DNA of 64,000 bases from Antedon mediterranea (lineage: Eukaryota; Animalia; Echinodermata). The translations under genes were made by a program, and so were the position numbers. This document shows positions 11,991 through 26,800 of the stretch, piece after piece; positions within the stretch are counted from its first letter, which is position 1, and each line of letters starts with the position of its first letter. The stretch lies in the NCBI RefSeq assembly GCF_964355755.1, contig NC_092672.1, positions 15,314,001-15,378,000 on the forward strand. Direction: 5' to 3'. The notes below the pieces were generated by a model. That model had not been told where the DNA came from, did not search any database, and was given only the letters and a program-made list of their open reading frames with translations.

Positions 11991-13024
11991 TTGGTTTTTA
12001 CATTTTCTTCAAAATTGATTTTCTTGTATACTTGTATACAATTCCTGACATTCACATGTCCTACCTAGAGGAAAGTAACATTCATTTTTCATTTGTCTTT
12101 TTAATTTAGAACATATATTATTAATGTATATTTTTATTATATTTATTAAGCTGTACCTGAATATCCCAGTTGTCCCATCTAATTCGTGTAGCGTGTAATA
12201 AGCTAGGTAGTCCCTGCTCTCATATGTACATCCCTCGGTCAAGTTGTCCTTTAAGTCGTTTCAATTGAAAATCTATTAGGAAATTGTATTTTTGTTTACT
12301 AAAAAATCAACTTTCTTTACGGCGCTTTTGTAAACAAACCGCTAACCCAAATAACGTCTTGTTTGGTACCTATCTGTTCTAAAATATATCAGCTACTATA
12401 ATTTGTAACAACCTTTGGGATTTTTTTTTAATCAAGGTAATGGAAATTGGTTTTATTAAGGTGTTAGGTTTTTAAAATTTCTAACAAGAATTTGTGAATC
12501 ATTTGATTGGCTATAGAGATAAATTAAGCTCTCTGATTGGCTGACACTTTTGTTTACGATGAAACAGCATGGCTTCCACCGTAGTTTTTCGAATGAACGT
12601 TTCAACATTTTGTGAATATTTAGGAATTTATTTTTATCCATATATTTTAAAACAGTAACAAAAAATATAAGTACCACACAGTGATATATTTTCAACTAGT
12701 TCTCCGATACTATTATATAATATTGTACACCAATTTTAATAAACAACGCCTCATTTTAAAGCTTATTAAATATAGATTATGAATTATATAAAAATCTAAA
12801 AAATGTCCGACACTACGCCGATTTTGTGATGCCATGCCTCATATGTTTATATATCTAACAGTACCCACACTCATAGTAAGAAATTTTCGATTAAAATGGC
12901 AACCAAAAGTGGTTAATACTTATTTACAGTATTTTCAATTAGGCCCTATTGCAATAAGGTTTTAAGCTTATCCCCAAGGGCTCATAAATTTACCTACTTG
13001 TGTTAAACCAAACTGGGAGACTGA

Positions 13025-15460
13025 GGCCCTGTTCAGACCCATGGCGTTAGACCGTTTTAGCGTACGACGCTAAAAGAATGTGTGTCTGAACAGTTGGGAA
13101 TTAGCGTACAACGCGTTGTACGACGCTTGTAGCGTTGTAGTGGAAAACAGTTGATAGTACCGTTTTAGCGTACGACGCTACTGTAATTCAACAATGTATC
13201 CAATCAGAACGTTTTCTGTTATGACGCGAAACAAGGTTTGACCTAGGCTGACATCTTGTATCGTCAATGTGTGAGATCGATTTCAACAACAAAAAGGCCA
13301 GAATAAAGAAGGCTTAACTAGGCTACAAATACAACTGTTAAAAAATACTAGGCTACAAACTACATGTATCAACTGATTACCATTATATTTCTAACAAATG
13401 ATATAAATTTTCTAACAAATGACATAAATAAATGTTCCTTGTATTTAAACATAGGGACTACGATGCCGTCTTCTTTTAGGCCTAGCTAGAGCCATTCACG
13501 CATTTCATTCAAACTAAAAACTAGCGTGGAAACATCAAGTCACTCATTCATACAAGGCAGACTAGACTGGACAAGTTTAATGCTGAAAACCTCCTAACTC
13601 CTAAAAAATTCAGTAAACAAATGTAACCCTGCCATGGTTTACCATGTTTTCCTTATTAGATTTTTTAATCTTTTAATCTTTTCTTTGTTGTTAAGCCCAA
13701 GTTTTAATTAGTTGTTTATCTTTTTGTTAGAACTTCCTTTGCTGTTTATGTCATTATGTCATAAACTATGTGGTAATGCATGAGAGCTTTCTGTTTTTTC
13801 TATAGACACTGACCAATAATATCCTTTGCTTTTTTTCCCCAGCAACATGGATTGACCAATGGGATTAGCCTTGGCCAATATTAGGGTATGTTCCCATGTT
13901 TCATTCTCTTTTCCTGATTATGCCATCTGTAGTGCTACATATTAAAATATATGACTTTATTTAAAGCTAACTTACGCTTTACTGTACTACAGTATAATTA
14001 CATTACCGAACTAAGTTTAAAGTTCGCGTTGATTGGAAGTTTACATTACTGAACTAAGTTTTAAGTTCGCGTTGATTGGAAGTTTGTGCTAGTTTGGCAT
14101 ATTGCACTAAAAAAACTATATTTGATAGACTGTTCGTTTTATTTTGAATATTGGCTCTTTGTATAGGTGAGTGTTTGAACACCAATTTACTTTGTTCTAT
14201 ATTTAAAGTTAATTATTGTATAAGTATATTACTGTTGTTATTACCGTATTTACAGTTAACTGTTTTAATGGAAGTCATTACAGTATAGTACATAACTTAA
14301 CGTGACATTATTATTAATTATGTTTAAACCTATTTTTATAAATGGAATGTTTCCATGATTGGTCTGTTACTATTAGGGTAAGCAGGCTCAAGATAGACCT
14401 ATTACTGTATATCATATAGGCATTGTATAGATCAGCAAATTGTTATTTTCCTCTTTTTATATTTATTGTTCTTTAAGACAATGTTTTCATTTTCCTTTTC
14501 ATTATGTTATTTTTGAGACAACAATTGCCATTATGAAGTCGTTTTATGACTATTGCCATGTAAGGTACATTCAATGTTAAACTATTTTGGACAGTATACT
14601 GTATTATTATACTGTATTATTATAATGTATTTTGGCTCTTTGTATAGGCTACCGAAGAACCACTGGTTCTCGGACACCGAAATTATCTGTATAGACTGCT
14701 ATATAAATCAACTGTATTCATCTACCGTAAGGCAAAAACGCAAGACGGAGGTCAAGGTCGCCGTTGGAAGCGGTAGCTACCTTATCTTTAATAACCTTAT
14801 CGGCGCCTTAGATAAGTCATACTTTCCGTTCTCTTCTGTTTTACTTTTATTTTATTCTAGTTTGGTCGAATAAACCGTGTTTTGTTCCATTTAAATTTAT
14901 GTTCTGATGTTTTTGTATTTGAGTTACGTTTGCGCTATATTTATTCGTTAAGATTAATTATAAAGTTGCGGAAACAAACCTGGGTTACACAAACAAGAGG
15001 GAAGCTGGTGTATTTTTGATTAGCAAGTTAAGGGTTATTTTCAACTGAACTGGACTAATCACAATCAATGATTAACACAATCTCCATCTTCATTAGGAGG
15101 CCTGCTTTATTGTCATAACAACACAAGGCCTGGGGAAAATGTTTTTTACTACAAAATAAAAACAACAGAAGCAGAAATTTTGCTTTACTATATTTAAAAA
15201 AATAAATCTGAGGTCTGTTTTATTTACGGCCAATTTTGTCATTTTGTCATAATTGTAGGGCTGAGATCTAGGCCTATATACAGTGGAAATAATGATGAGA
15301 GCACATGAATATGCAACTAGTAATAGCCTGAATGACGCACTTCCGTTGTAACGATAATCGTACATCATGGGTCTGAACACCTTCTCTGCGGTTTGTAATG
15401 TGACCTTGCTAGTAACGTTGTACGCTAAAACGATCTAACGCCATAAGTCTGAACATAGCC
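13025..15460. mobile_element. PIF/Harbinger MITE family B, copy 1
   Basis: TIR ggccctgttcagacccatggcgttagaccgttttagcgtacgacg / cgttgtacgctaaaacgatctaacgccataagtctgaacatagcc. TGA TSD at 13022-13024 and 15461-15463. Confidence 0.85.
13622..14989 (+). mobile_element. Solo LTR (Gypsy-like), 1368 bp
   Basis: TGTAACCC...GGGTTACA termini with CAAA 4-bp TSD (13618-13621, 14990-14993). Absent from MITE copy 2. Contains CCAAT boxes at ~13810-13880, TATATAAA at ~14700 and AATAAA at ~14869. Confidence 0.8.
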
Positions 15461-15589
15461 TGAGAGATTGGCATGTTCCATTCATCGCAAATCAATACAT
15501 ATGTATAAACGTATATTAAATCTATCAAAATAATATTTTCTTAAGAAAATCGGCCTGTCTTCAACATTATGGCCCTGTTCAGATCCCTG

Positions 15590-15740
15590 GTTAGCGACGA
15601 AGGCATATCTCCTTACTTCGGTTTCGTTTTTTTTTGGCATGTTTGGAATCCCTTTTATTGTATTTGTTTATGTAGAGCGCTTAGAGGTTTCACAACATTA
15701 GGCACTATATAAATCCAGGATATTATTATTATAATTATGC
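15590..15740 (+). mobile_element. Short SINE/LINE 3' end with (TAT)n tail, inserted in the TIR of MITE B copy 2
   Basis: Extra sequence relative to copy 1; tgtagagcgcttagag...ggcactatataaat...tattattatt. Confidence 0.55.
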
Positions 15741-16208
15741 TATTAGACCGTTTTAGCGTACGACGCTAAAAGAATGTGGGGATTAAAGTGTACGTGTTGT
15801 ACGACGCTTGTAGCGTGTTAGTGGAAAACGGTTGATAGTACCGTTTTAGCATACAACACTACTGTAATTCAACGTTGTATCTCATCACAACGTTTCCTGT
15901 TATGACGCAAAAACAAAGTTTGACCTAGATTGACAACGTGTATCATCAATGTGTGAGATGGATTTCAACAAAAGAAAAGGCCAAAATAAATAATAACTAG
16001 ACTACAAATACAACTGTTTAAAAAAACTAGGCTACAAACTACATGTATTAACTGATTACCATTATTTTTTCTAACAAATGAAATAAATAAATGCACCTTA
16101 TATACATAGGGACTACGATCCCGTCTCCTTTTAGGCCTAGCTAGAGCCATTCATGCATTCATTCAAGCTAAAAACTAGCATGGGACATCAAGTCACTCAT
16201 TCATATTA

Positions 16209-17504
16209 TCTATATATAAATTTACGTAAGGGCAAAATTCGGTAAATCGCGCCTTACTTCTAGAATTTTTACTCGATGGTATATAAAGTTGGTTCGTACT
16301 TTCGGTACTGATTTTAACCACCTGATGTAACCCTGTTTACTAATTAAATTAAGTTAGATAATTAGTTATTGACGATTAAAACAAATTTAGGTTCAACGAT
16401 TTGCCCCAAATAGGGGTGTTTTCCGATCGTGGTATACACTGTCTAATGGATGTCCATCTTGAAAAATACCCGCCACAAAAATGCGAGGAGGCTTCGCATT
16501 TTCCTATCTCCTCCTACGATAATTGTTTTTAATAGCTGAAAACCGGTTGAACAGTTCGAGTACAGCATCATAATGTTGAAGACAGGCCGATTTTCTTTAA
16601 AAAATACTATTTTGATACATTTAATATACGTTTTTACAAATGTATTGATTTGTGATGAATGGAACATTCCAAATTATTTGGTTTAACCATAGAGGTATAG
16701 ATTTAGATTTATGGGCCCCCTTGGAGAATAAACATAAATAGTATTGCAATGCTGTACAATACTGTTAAGGTATTAACCACTTTTGATCGCAATTTGAATC
16801 GCAAATTTCTTACTGTGAGTGTTGGTACTGTTAGATGTAATATAAAAATATATACAAATAAACTTTATTACTGTGAGTGTGGGTAGGCCCTACTGTTAGA
16901 TTATAAACATATAATATACAAATAAATAAACGTTATTACTGACAGTTGCTTCTCAACGTTTGTATTAATTAATAATTTAAAAATATATAAACGTCGTAGT
17001 GGTGTATCGTTACATGTACTTTACTATTTCAATCGACTATGACAGTGAGAGTTTTAACAAAGTACCGTATTAAATCGTAAATGTTTTACTGTATTTAGTG
17101 GTATATTATTTATAGGCCTATAACACATTAAAAACAATATTTCGTTACTGAGTGGATAAGAATATATTTTAAAATGTTTCCTCTTTGTACCTATCTTCTT
17201 CCCCCATCCCTCAACCCTTAATGTTACATACAAAACACAAATTGGGTTTGTTTAAATGAGTCCAAATAAAAAATTTTGACTCATTTTGTTTCTCTCTCGG
17301 AAGTAATTCCCAGGGTGCTAATTTTGGTTGACTACATAAATCATTGTGTATATTTATTCGTTTCTGTAAACGACAATGTATTATAGTCCTGCGGTACGTA
17401 CATTTGAAATCTCCATTTTTTTCTCGCTGGAAATACTGTGTATTCGAGAACCATCTGTGGGCACGACCTAGATGGTACGCGAGCGAAGCGAGCGTGCCAT
17501 CTAG
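16209..17504 (+). mobile_element. Non-autonomous Helitron
   Basis: A|TCtatatata 5' end. 3' hairpin ctagatggtacgc-gagcgaagcga-gcgtgccatctag ends in CTAG|T. No TSD. Absent from MITE B copy 1. Confidence 0.8.
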
Positions 17505-19093
17505 TTATATACAAGGCAGACTATAGACAGGACAAGTTTAATGCTGAAAACCCCCTAACTCCAAACAAATTCAGTAAACAAGGGGAGCTGTGTTTTTTTT
17601 ACTAGCATGGTTAGGGTTATTTATAACCGACTGATGGCAATACATTTTTTCTTCCATATGGTTAACACACAAAATGCCTTCATCTCCATCAAGAGGCCTG
17701 CTTTAATTTTCGTAACAATACAAGAGCCTGGGGGAAATGTTTTTACTACAAAATAAAAACAGTAAAAACAGAAATTGGACTGTACTAAATTAAAAAAAAA
17801 TGAATACTGAGGTATGTTTTGTTTACGGTAAATTTTGTCCTAATTTTGTAGGGCTGAGATCTGATGATTAATGAATGATGCACTTCCGTAGTAACGATAA
17901 CAGTACGCTATGAGTCTGAACACCTCATTTGTCTGCGGTGACCTTGCTCGTAACGTTGTAACGCCATGGGTCTGAACATAGCCTATGATGCTGTACTCAA
18001 GCTTTTCAACTGGTTTTCAGCTATTAAAAAAAATTATCATAGGTAAATCCGAAGCATCCTCGTATTATTGTGTGCAGGTATTTTTCAAGATGAACATCCA
18101 TTAGACAGTGTATACCACAATCGAAAACACCATATTTGGGCAAATCGTTAAACCTAAATTCGTTTTAATTGTTAATAACTAATTTTCTAACTCAATTTAA
18201 GAAAGAAATTTAATATTTTTACATGGTAATACCCAGTACTACATGATTGTAGTGTGACCCAAAGAATAGAATATGTGTTGTATATGTGTAATTATATACA
18301 GTTTACCATACTGTATACATACTACATACAGTATAGGTGAAATTACGGGACCCGCCATTTATTATAATTTGTGTTTCTTGTGAAACATTCCATTTTTAAT
18401 CCATAGAAAGTTTGCCCTTGAGTGTCAATATAACTTTTGGTTTGTAATCTATGACCAATCATTGAAATTCATAAAATCGCGCGTAACTTATGCTACGCAA
18501 CTTCTTGCACATCTACACCTACAGGTCAATCTTATGACAAAGTTATATAATCTTATATTGTATTAGAGATACGCTGCGGACGAATTTTTGGGAAAGAAAG
18601 AAGAACTGGACATGAAACTCGTCACTTTGACGAGTTAGTTATCCGCACCACAAACGCCACGCGCACGTACGTTCAGCCTGTCTTTAAAAAACACCCAAAA
18701 AAGATTTTTGTGCTACTATAATTGATATGCTAACCTATAACATGTTATAGGTTAGCAGATTTCTAACATAGGTGAAATGGCTCTGATAGGAGCAAATTAT
18801 TGTTTTCCCCCCTCTATCATATAAAAATGCAGTACAAATTTTGATATCCCATATACACAGTATATATAGCATTGCCTCTCCGTACAACAAACGCCACATG
18901 CACGACATATGTTAAATTGAAATTACGTAAACTATAGATGCGCGCTCTTTTAAATGTGATGAACTAAAACGCAAAATATGAATATAGATTGGATAGAAAC
19001 TTTACAACATATTTGAATGCCTGTGTTTTCTTTTAGCCCTTGCTCAGAAATCTTTCTATCCAGCAGCAGCTTCAAACTTGAAATGCACTTTAA

Positions 19094-20632
19094 AGGGGGA
19101 TTCTGGGTTTAAAATTGGTTTTAAATATCGTTTATTTATTAAATAAAAAATATTATAACAATATAGACATGTCAGAATGAAGAAGTAATAACGAGAAATT
19201 AAAAAAATTAAATTTCATATACATTTTAGGGTAAATTCATGGAAAGTCTGTTTTTCAGCAGCTTAGGGAAGCTCATTAATATTCATGAGATATTCACAAA
19301 ATCACGTCACCAGTGGATTCCAAACTCGCGACGTCATGTACGTTGTGTTTGTCAACTAATTTACATCTCTCTCCCCTGTCAAACGACGACCACCCGATCA
19401 TTGTGAAATACATTTTTTGTAGATTTTCTAAGCTAGGCCTAAAGTGTAATAATAACAGTAGTAGCATATATTTATTTGACATTTAATGAAATACAAAATT
19501 TAGTACAGATACGGAATAAATTATACTATTTTTATACCGCTATAGTACAGATCGTATTATCGGCTTCACGTACAATACTACTCTAGGCCTAGCCTAATAA
19601 TAATATGGGCGAGAGCCATTCTGACTAGGGATTCCATGCCACGATGGCTACGTTAAAACAATGGGGCCCATGGGCCTAGCTAGCCTACTACTAGACGATT
19701 GGCCCATAAATAACAAAACCCATCCTATCAACCAAACTCCTAAACAATCTAAACCTAAAACGTTCTACAAAATCGACTGTAAATATTGAAGCAAAACAAG
19801 GTCCGATCGCCGTCCACACGTATAAAATAGGCTTAGTTTACTCTCCAAAAAAGCGGAGACTCATGCATCAAGCAAGTAGACCAGGTAGTAGGAAGGAGAC
19901 CTAGCCGATCCGGCCCAGTTAAAAATTGAGCTAGCTAGTGTAGTAGACCCTATGCGAATTGATACTACCAGGCCTTTTACTATAGGCTGCACTACACAAA
20001 TATTCCAACTCTCTCATTCGAGCTATATTATCTATACCAATCCGGTAGGTCAAGTCGACCTTTAATCAAATACTGTACATCGTTCATGTTGTGATTATAG
20101 ACGGGGTATACTCGACCCGACCAGTTTGGTATTGTTGTATCTGCTTATCACGTGACGATGCCAGGCATGGGCAGCAGAGAGAGCACGTGTATTTTCGTCT
20201 CGCTCGATCCTCAGCAGGAATGTACAGTATACGTTACGCTTCATTGATTTTGATTTTTCCCTAAGTCGGTGCGAAAATCGGCAAACGTAAAGTGCAAACA
20301 TATCTAATTTTTCACTGTTTTGATGAATTTTCATAAAAAATTGACTTTATAAATGGGAAGACCGACTAAAATTACATCAGATAAGTATAATTTTACAAAA
20401 GTAATTGATATGGTTTTTGATAACGAGTCGTCGAAAGATGGACCATTTCACGAATTTCCTATTTTGTAACCACAGTGTGATTTTGCCGTAGCTGCACTTG
20501 TAATCTGGCCTGATTTCACAGCCTTCGTTCTGCTTCACTGGGCGCTTATATAAATTGAAACTTTTACCGTTCAAGAGACAAACAAATATATTTTACATTT
20601 TTTACTATTCATTTTAAACCCGGAACCCCCCT
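19094..20632. mobile_element. Kolobok-type non-autonomous element
   Basis: TTAA|agggggattctgggtttaaaat ... attttaaacccggaacccccct|TTAA (TTAA at 19090-19093 and 20633-20636). Confidence 0.75.
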
Positions 20633-21459
20633 TTAAAGCCCCATCTTAGCAGCAGTTTAGCCTAACTTAACCTATGTAGCACAAATTGATGGGTGCTGGT
20701 CACACAACTTTGCGCTGATTACTAGTTGCATTATGGGAGTATGTTTCCATACGTGTTTGATCCAAAAAAATGACTGGGATAATAATGTTCAGCGCATTGA
20801 GAGCTTGCTTATATGCGCTATATGAGAATGAATTATTATTATTATTAAAGGTGTCAAATAGACAATGCACAGTAATGATGTATGATCGTTTTCCATATAA
20901 TATTTCTTTAAATAATTAAATAAAGTTTGTTTAAAGCGATAAACCTTTTGGCAGATGTTTTTTCTATAACAGCTACATGTTTTTACTGACCAGGGATTTC
21001 CCTTTTATAAAAAAAAAACATGCATTTATAGTTGTCAAATAGACAATGCAACAATGACGTATGATCATTTTCTATTTATTTTTTATTAAATAATTCAGTG
21101 AAATGATAAATAAATGTTTGTTTAAGGCAATTAAATTTTAATAAATAGATTAATAACTTATTCATAAAATATAGGATGTAGCAATCAATACAGTCTTCAT
21201 GCATGGGCCTCTTATAATAATTTAAGTCTTCATCTCACAGGACTTAGCAGCCACTGACATCTTCCATGTAAAACAGTGCCCTCAATTTTGGCTAGTATAC
21301 CCAAATACGGTGGAAGCTTTGCTTTTTCCGTACAAGTATGTACATATATTATACTTTTTAGGTCAGTAGTTTTTGACATTATAGTATCAAACATTATGAT
21401 GGGTATCTAAAAATCTAATAAAACTGGGTTTAAATGTAATATAAATATACTTTAATAAT

Positions 21460-21592
21460 AATGGGTACGTATGCCAGCCCATGATTGGTACGAGCCAGCC
21501 CATGATAGGTTCGAGCGAGCCAAAATTTTTGGTACAATAAGCCAAAATTTGAGCTGGTGGGTACAAGTTGGCATGGGTACGGGTTGACTTGT
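21460..21592. mobile_element. One end of a DNA transposon with gggtac-gttgac subterminal repeats (CACTA/EnSpm-like)
   Basis: Repeated gccagcccatgat-ggtacga and gggtacaagttggcatgggtacgggttgacttg. The partner end was not found. Confidence 0.4.
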
Positions 21593-23862
21593 ATCCCAAA
21601 TTGATGGCTCCAAAGAGAAGGCACTGTATCCTACAACTGTTATATTGTTTTATAGGCTTCTTCATACTCCAATGATTTAACTAGGTTTGAACTTGTTTCT
21701 ATGGACGGCTTAGATTACCCGCCGTGCAAACGCCACAAACACGTCATACGTTAGAATATTGCGCACAGAAAAAATTATGCCATTGTGACCTGAAGAAAAT
21801 AAAATGTTAGTCTTCCCTTTATTTTGTGTCATTCTAAGTATATACAATATACACTATTTACTGTGTATTTACTACATACAGTGCAGAATAGGTGAAAATT
21901 AACGGGCCCCGCCTTTTTATCAAATTTTTAACATGATGTCATCAAAAACACGCAATTTTGGAAGGAAATTATCTGAGCAACAACATATTAACATGTTGAA
22001 GAAATTTGGATACGTAGAATATGAAAGAGCGCTCTTTTAAATGTCATGAACTATGACGCAAAATATAAAAATACGACTTTTATAATTGAACTGGCCATAT
22101 GATGATGTCACAACATCCGATGCGCATAAATTTGTACATGAATTCGTATCTACAATTCAACAGCTTCTAGAAAAAGTTTTAATCACAAAAACGAGTATCA
22201 CTTTTCATTCTGAGGAGCTATACATATTGAAATTTATTGGAATGATGAAAATAAGTGACCAAAGATATTCACGGTTTTGCACATGATGACGTCATAAAAA
22301 AGCTGTTTTTAGCGCTATGGTCACAACGCGCTCGTGGAAATTTTTACATGTTTAAAATGAAATGAAACGCGTAGAAAGATGAATTTTTAAACTATGTTAA
22401 ATACGCGAAATTCATATAATTGCATAATCACAAAGTTATACAATCTTATGTTAACAAGAATTAGAGATACGCTGCGGAAAAAATTCGTGGAAAGAAAGAA
22501 TAACTAGATTTGAACTCGTAAAACTCGGAAATGCAACATGCACATGCGTTAAAATAATTATATGAATGTTGACAATTATTATGCCATCCTATGACATGAA
22601 TTAAATATGTTTACAGTGCTGAATTGTACCTATTTTGTATCATACAGCATACATATTACAGTATTTTCAGAATACACTGTATATGTTATATACAGTGTAG
22701 CATAGATGAAATTACAAGAGCCGTCATTTAATCCAATGATGACATCATCAAAGTGACATGTAAAATAACAATTTTAGAAGAAAATTATTTAAATAATTAC
22801 ATTAATACAAATTTGAAGTATTTTGGGTATGTAAAAGTGAGATGCGCTCGCTTTTAAACATGACAGACATTTACGAAAGAGATGAAAATCTCACTTTTTG
22901 AATTCATCTGGCCATATGATGACGTCATGACATCAGATAGACAAAATGTGTATATGAATTCATATCTATAATTCAACAGCTTCCATAATAAGTTTTAATC
23001 ATGCGGGTCACTTTTCACTCCGATGAGCTATGACAGATTGAAATATACTGTGTAGATGAAATTAAGCAAGTCACGTTATTCAAATTTTTGTAACTCATGT
23101 GAAAGAGAACTGATTGAAAAAGAACATATTAAAATCTAGGGCGAAATGGGAAACGCATTAGCGTGATGCGCTCTATGAAATGGGATTAATTAGCACTAAA
23201 GCGTTATTGTAAAAATTTGAGTGGCCATATGGTGACGTCAGAACATCCGGGAGATATAAATTTTACATTAATTGATAACTACAACTCATCAGCTTCCATA
23301 ATAAAATTTTAAAAATGTGGGTCACCAGCCATCCTGAGGAGCTATAAATGATTAAAAATAGGTATAATTTTGCACAAGTTTGCATTAAATTACCCATTTT
23401 TTAGCACACGATTCTTGAAGTTAAACGTGAACATATGCCTTGTTATTTTGAAATCAAAGTTCATCAAAATGAATGTAATCTTACTACAGAAGGTATGAAA
23501 AACAAAAATCAATTGCAAAAACCATTTTTCTACGCTTTTTACGAGCTGCGCGCACAAGTGCGCAAAACGCAAAAAAGGGGTAGAAAATTTTTTCATGCTC
23601 AAAATTGCCTATAATGTACACGAAATTGATTGAAATTTCAAATACGCGTACTTGCATAATTTTTTGCTTGGCATGCCATTTTTATCATGTCAAAAGTTGC
23701 TCCATATTATGAAATACACTTACAATAAATAAATTTGTGTTCAGAATTTATGAGCAACCATAAAATTTCATAAAATCGCCCGTAGCTTGCGCTGCGCGAC
23801 TCTGACTTCATATAACAAAGTTTCTTGCACAGCTACAGGTCAATGACAAAGTTATACAATCC

Positions 23863-26800
23863 TACTTACTTACTTGTTTACTTGATTCCCAGGATATCCT
23901 AGGTATAGAAGCCACGCATACAGTGCTTATAGGCCCCTCGATGAAAATATTGTTTTGACATATGGCGCAAATTTTAGTTGGTGGTCAGCCCAACATTTCT
24001 TAATTGCAGCCTTGAAAGAATTTAACGATTTTGAATTTACATCGTCCTCAGACAGCGAATTCCATGATCTGGTTACTCTTCTTGAAAAAGCGTTTCTCCT
24101 TGAATTTGTTCGTACATAATGATTATATAGTAATTTATAAGAATGACCTCGTGTAATACTGTCAACATTAAAATTGAAAAATAGGTCTTTAGAGACATTA
24201 TCAAAACCTCTAACAATCTTGAACATTTGCAACAGATCGGCTCGCTGCCTTCGATAGCTTAGAGTTGGCAGGTTTAATTCTTTTAGTCTTTCATTGTAAG
24301 GAAGATGACGAATTTCCCTGAACATCCTCGTGGCACGCTGTTGCACTTTTTCAAGTAGATCTTCTTCTTTCTTGAGATGTGGAGAATAAACCACATTACA
24401 ATACTCTAAAGTAGGTCTAACAATAGCCTTATATAAATTCATAAGAGCTGAGGATTAATCAGCAACATGAACAGCAAAATTTAGAGTTGGATCAAATGTG
24501 ACACCTAGATCCTTCTCCCTGTCAACAGATTTAAGCACAACGTTATTCATAAAATAAGAATGACAGGGATTATGCATACCAAAATGCATCACTAATACAC
24601 TTATCTTCATTAAATGGCATCTGCCATTTCATTGACCATTCACCCAGTGCATCTATATCCGACTGCAATCTTACACTATCCTCCTGTGTATCAACAATCC
24701 TGTATAACTTGGTATCATCAGCAAAAAGTTTAACATCAGAAATTGACACGGAAGGCAAGTCGTTGATAAAAATAATAAAAAGTATTGGTCCGAGTACACT
24801 TCCTTGCAGGATAACTTGTGAATAACTAGAAAAACAGCCATTGATGGAAACTTTTTGGGTGCGTTCTGAAAGATATGTCTTCCATATGAATAAATCTCCA
24901 CTGATACCAAAAGTAAATAATTTCTTTAACAAGCGTTTATGAGGAACGGAATCAAATGCTTTTAAAATCTAAATATATACAGTCAAACTTTATGAGAATC
25001 ATCCAGATACATACTCCAATAATTGAGTTGCGCAAGATTGACCTTTCCTAAAACCATGCTGTTCAGTAATTAATAAATTATTTCCTTCCAAATACTCCAT
25101 AATTTTGGTGCTGATGATACGTTCGAACAATTTACAAATTTGATGTGAGGCTAACTGGTCTATAATTAGATGGACTATTCTTCTTTCCTTTCTTGAAAAG
25201 TACCTTCATTTATAAGTTTATTAAAAATCATTGATAAAGGAAAAGAAATTTCATGTCGGATACATACAACACTCTAGCATGAATGCCATCAGGACCTGCA
25301 GATTTGTTTGTGTTCATGTTATTCAAAATGGTTAATAATTCCTCCTCGCTAAACAAAACGCTAGATAAACAAGAATCTGTTACTGGGGGGAAACTCAGCC
25401 TCAGTCCTCAACCGTAAAAAACACTACTAAAAAAATTATTAAACAGTTCAGCCTTTCCAATATCATCTTCCACAGAATCACCATTAAACAGTTGAGCCTT
25501 TCCAATATCATCTTCCACAGAATCACCATTAAACAGTTGAGCCTTTCCAATATCATCTTGCACAGAATCACCATTAAACAGTTGAGCCTTTCCAATATCA
25601 TCTTGCACAGAATCACCATTAAACAGTTGAGCCTTTCCAATATCATCTTGCACAGAATCACCATTATCAGTTAAGCCTTTCCAATATCATCTTGCACAGA
25701 ATCACCATTAAACAGTTGAGCCTTTCCAATATCATCTTGCACAGAATCACCATTAAACAGTTGAGCCTTTCCAATATCATCTTGCACAGAATCACCATTA
25801 AACAGTTGAGCCTTTCCAATATCATCTTGCACAGAATCACCATTAAACAGTTGAGCCTTTCCAATATCATCTTGCACAGAATCACCATTAAACAGTTGAG
25901 CCTTTCCAATATCATCTTGCACAGAATCACCATTAAACAGTTGAGCCTTTCCAATATCATCTTGCACAGAATCACCATTAAACAGTTGAGCCTTTCCAAT
26001 ATCATCTTGCACAGAATCACCATTAAACAGTTGAGCCTTTCCAATATCATCTTGCACAGAATCACCATTAAACAGTTGAGCCTTTCCAATATCATCTTGC
26101 ACAGAATCACCATTAAACAGTTGAGCCTTTCCAATATCATCTTCCACAGAATCACCATAAAACAGTTGAGCCTTTCCAATATCATCTTGCACAGAATCAC
26201 CATTAAACAGTTGAGCCTTTCCAATATCATCTTGCACAGAATCACCATTAAACAGTTGAGCCTTTCCAATATCATCTTGCACAGAATCACCATTAAACAG
26301 TTGAGCCTTTCCAATATCATCTTGCACAGAATCACCATTAAACAGTTGAGCCTTTCCAATATCATCTTGCACAGAATCACCATTATCAGTTGAGCCTTTC
26401 CAATATCATCTTGCACAGAATCACCATTAAACAGTTGAGCCTTTCCAATATCATCTTGCACAGAATCACCATTAAACAGTTGAGCCTTTCCAATATCATC
26501 TTGCACAGAATCACCATTAAACAGTTGAGCCTTTCCAATATCATCTTGCACAGAATCACCATTAAACAGTTGAGCCTTTCCAATATCATCTTGCACAGAA
26601 TCACCATTAAACAGTTGAGCCTTTCCAATATCATCTTGCACAGAATCACCATTAAACAGTTGAGCCTTTCCAATATCATCTTGCACAGAATCACCATTAA
26701 ACAGTTGAGCCTTTCCAATATCATCTTGCACAGAATCACCATTAAACAGTTGAGCCTTTCCAATATCATCTTGCACAGAATCACCATTAAACAGTTGAGC

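Larger units (their letters stand above)
15571..17983. mobile_element. PIF/Harbinger MITE family B, copy 2
   Basis: ggccctgttcaga ... catgggtctgaacatagcc, with TAT TSD at 15568-15570 and 17984-17986. Body is collinear with 13025-15460. Confidence 0.85.
12850..18200 (-). mobile_element. Older Helitron-family copy split into three pieces (about 12850-13010, 15468-15570, 17987-18200) by two PIF insertions
   Basis: Joined, the three pieces are the diverged reverse complement of ~16345-16900 inside the Helitron at 16209-17504. Confidence 0.75.
18290..23861. repeat. Several decayed copies of a Helentron/HINE-like interspersed repeat; further copies at ~34110-34590, 44250-44640 and 44800-45180
   Basis: Shared blocks aaattcataaaatcgcgcgtaa, atgacaaagttata, agagatacgctgcgga..gaaagaaagaa and aactagatttgaactcgtcactttgacgagtt (hairpin), plus ggccatatgatgacgtca modules. 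Confidence 0.6.
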
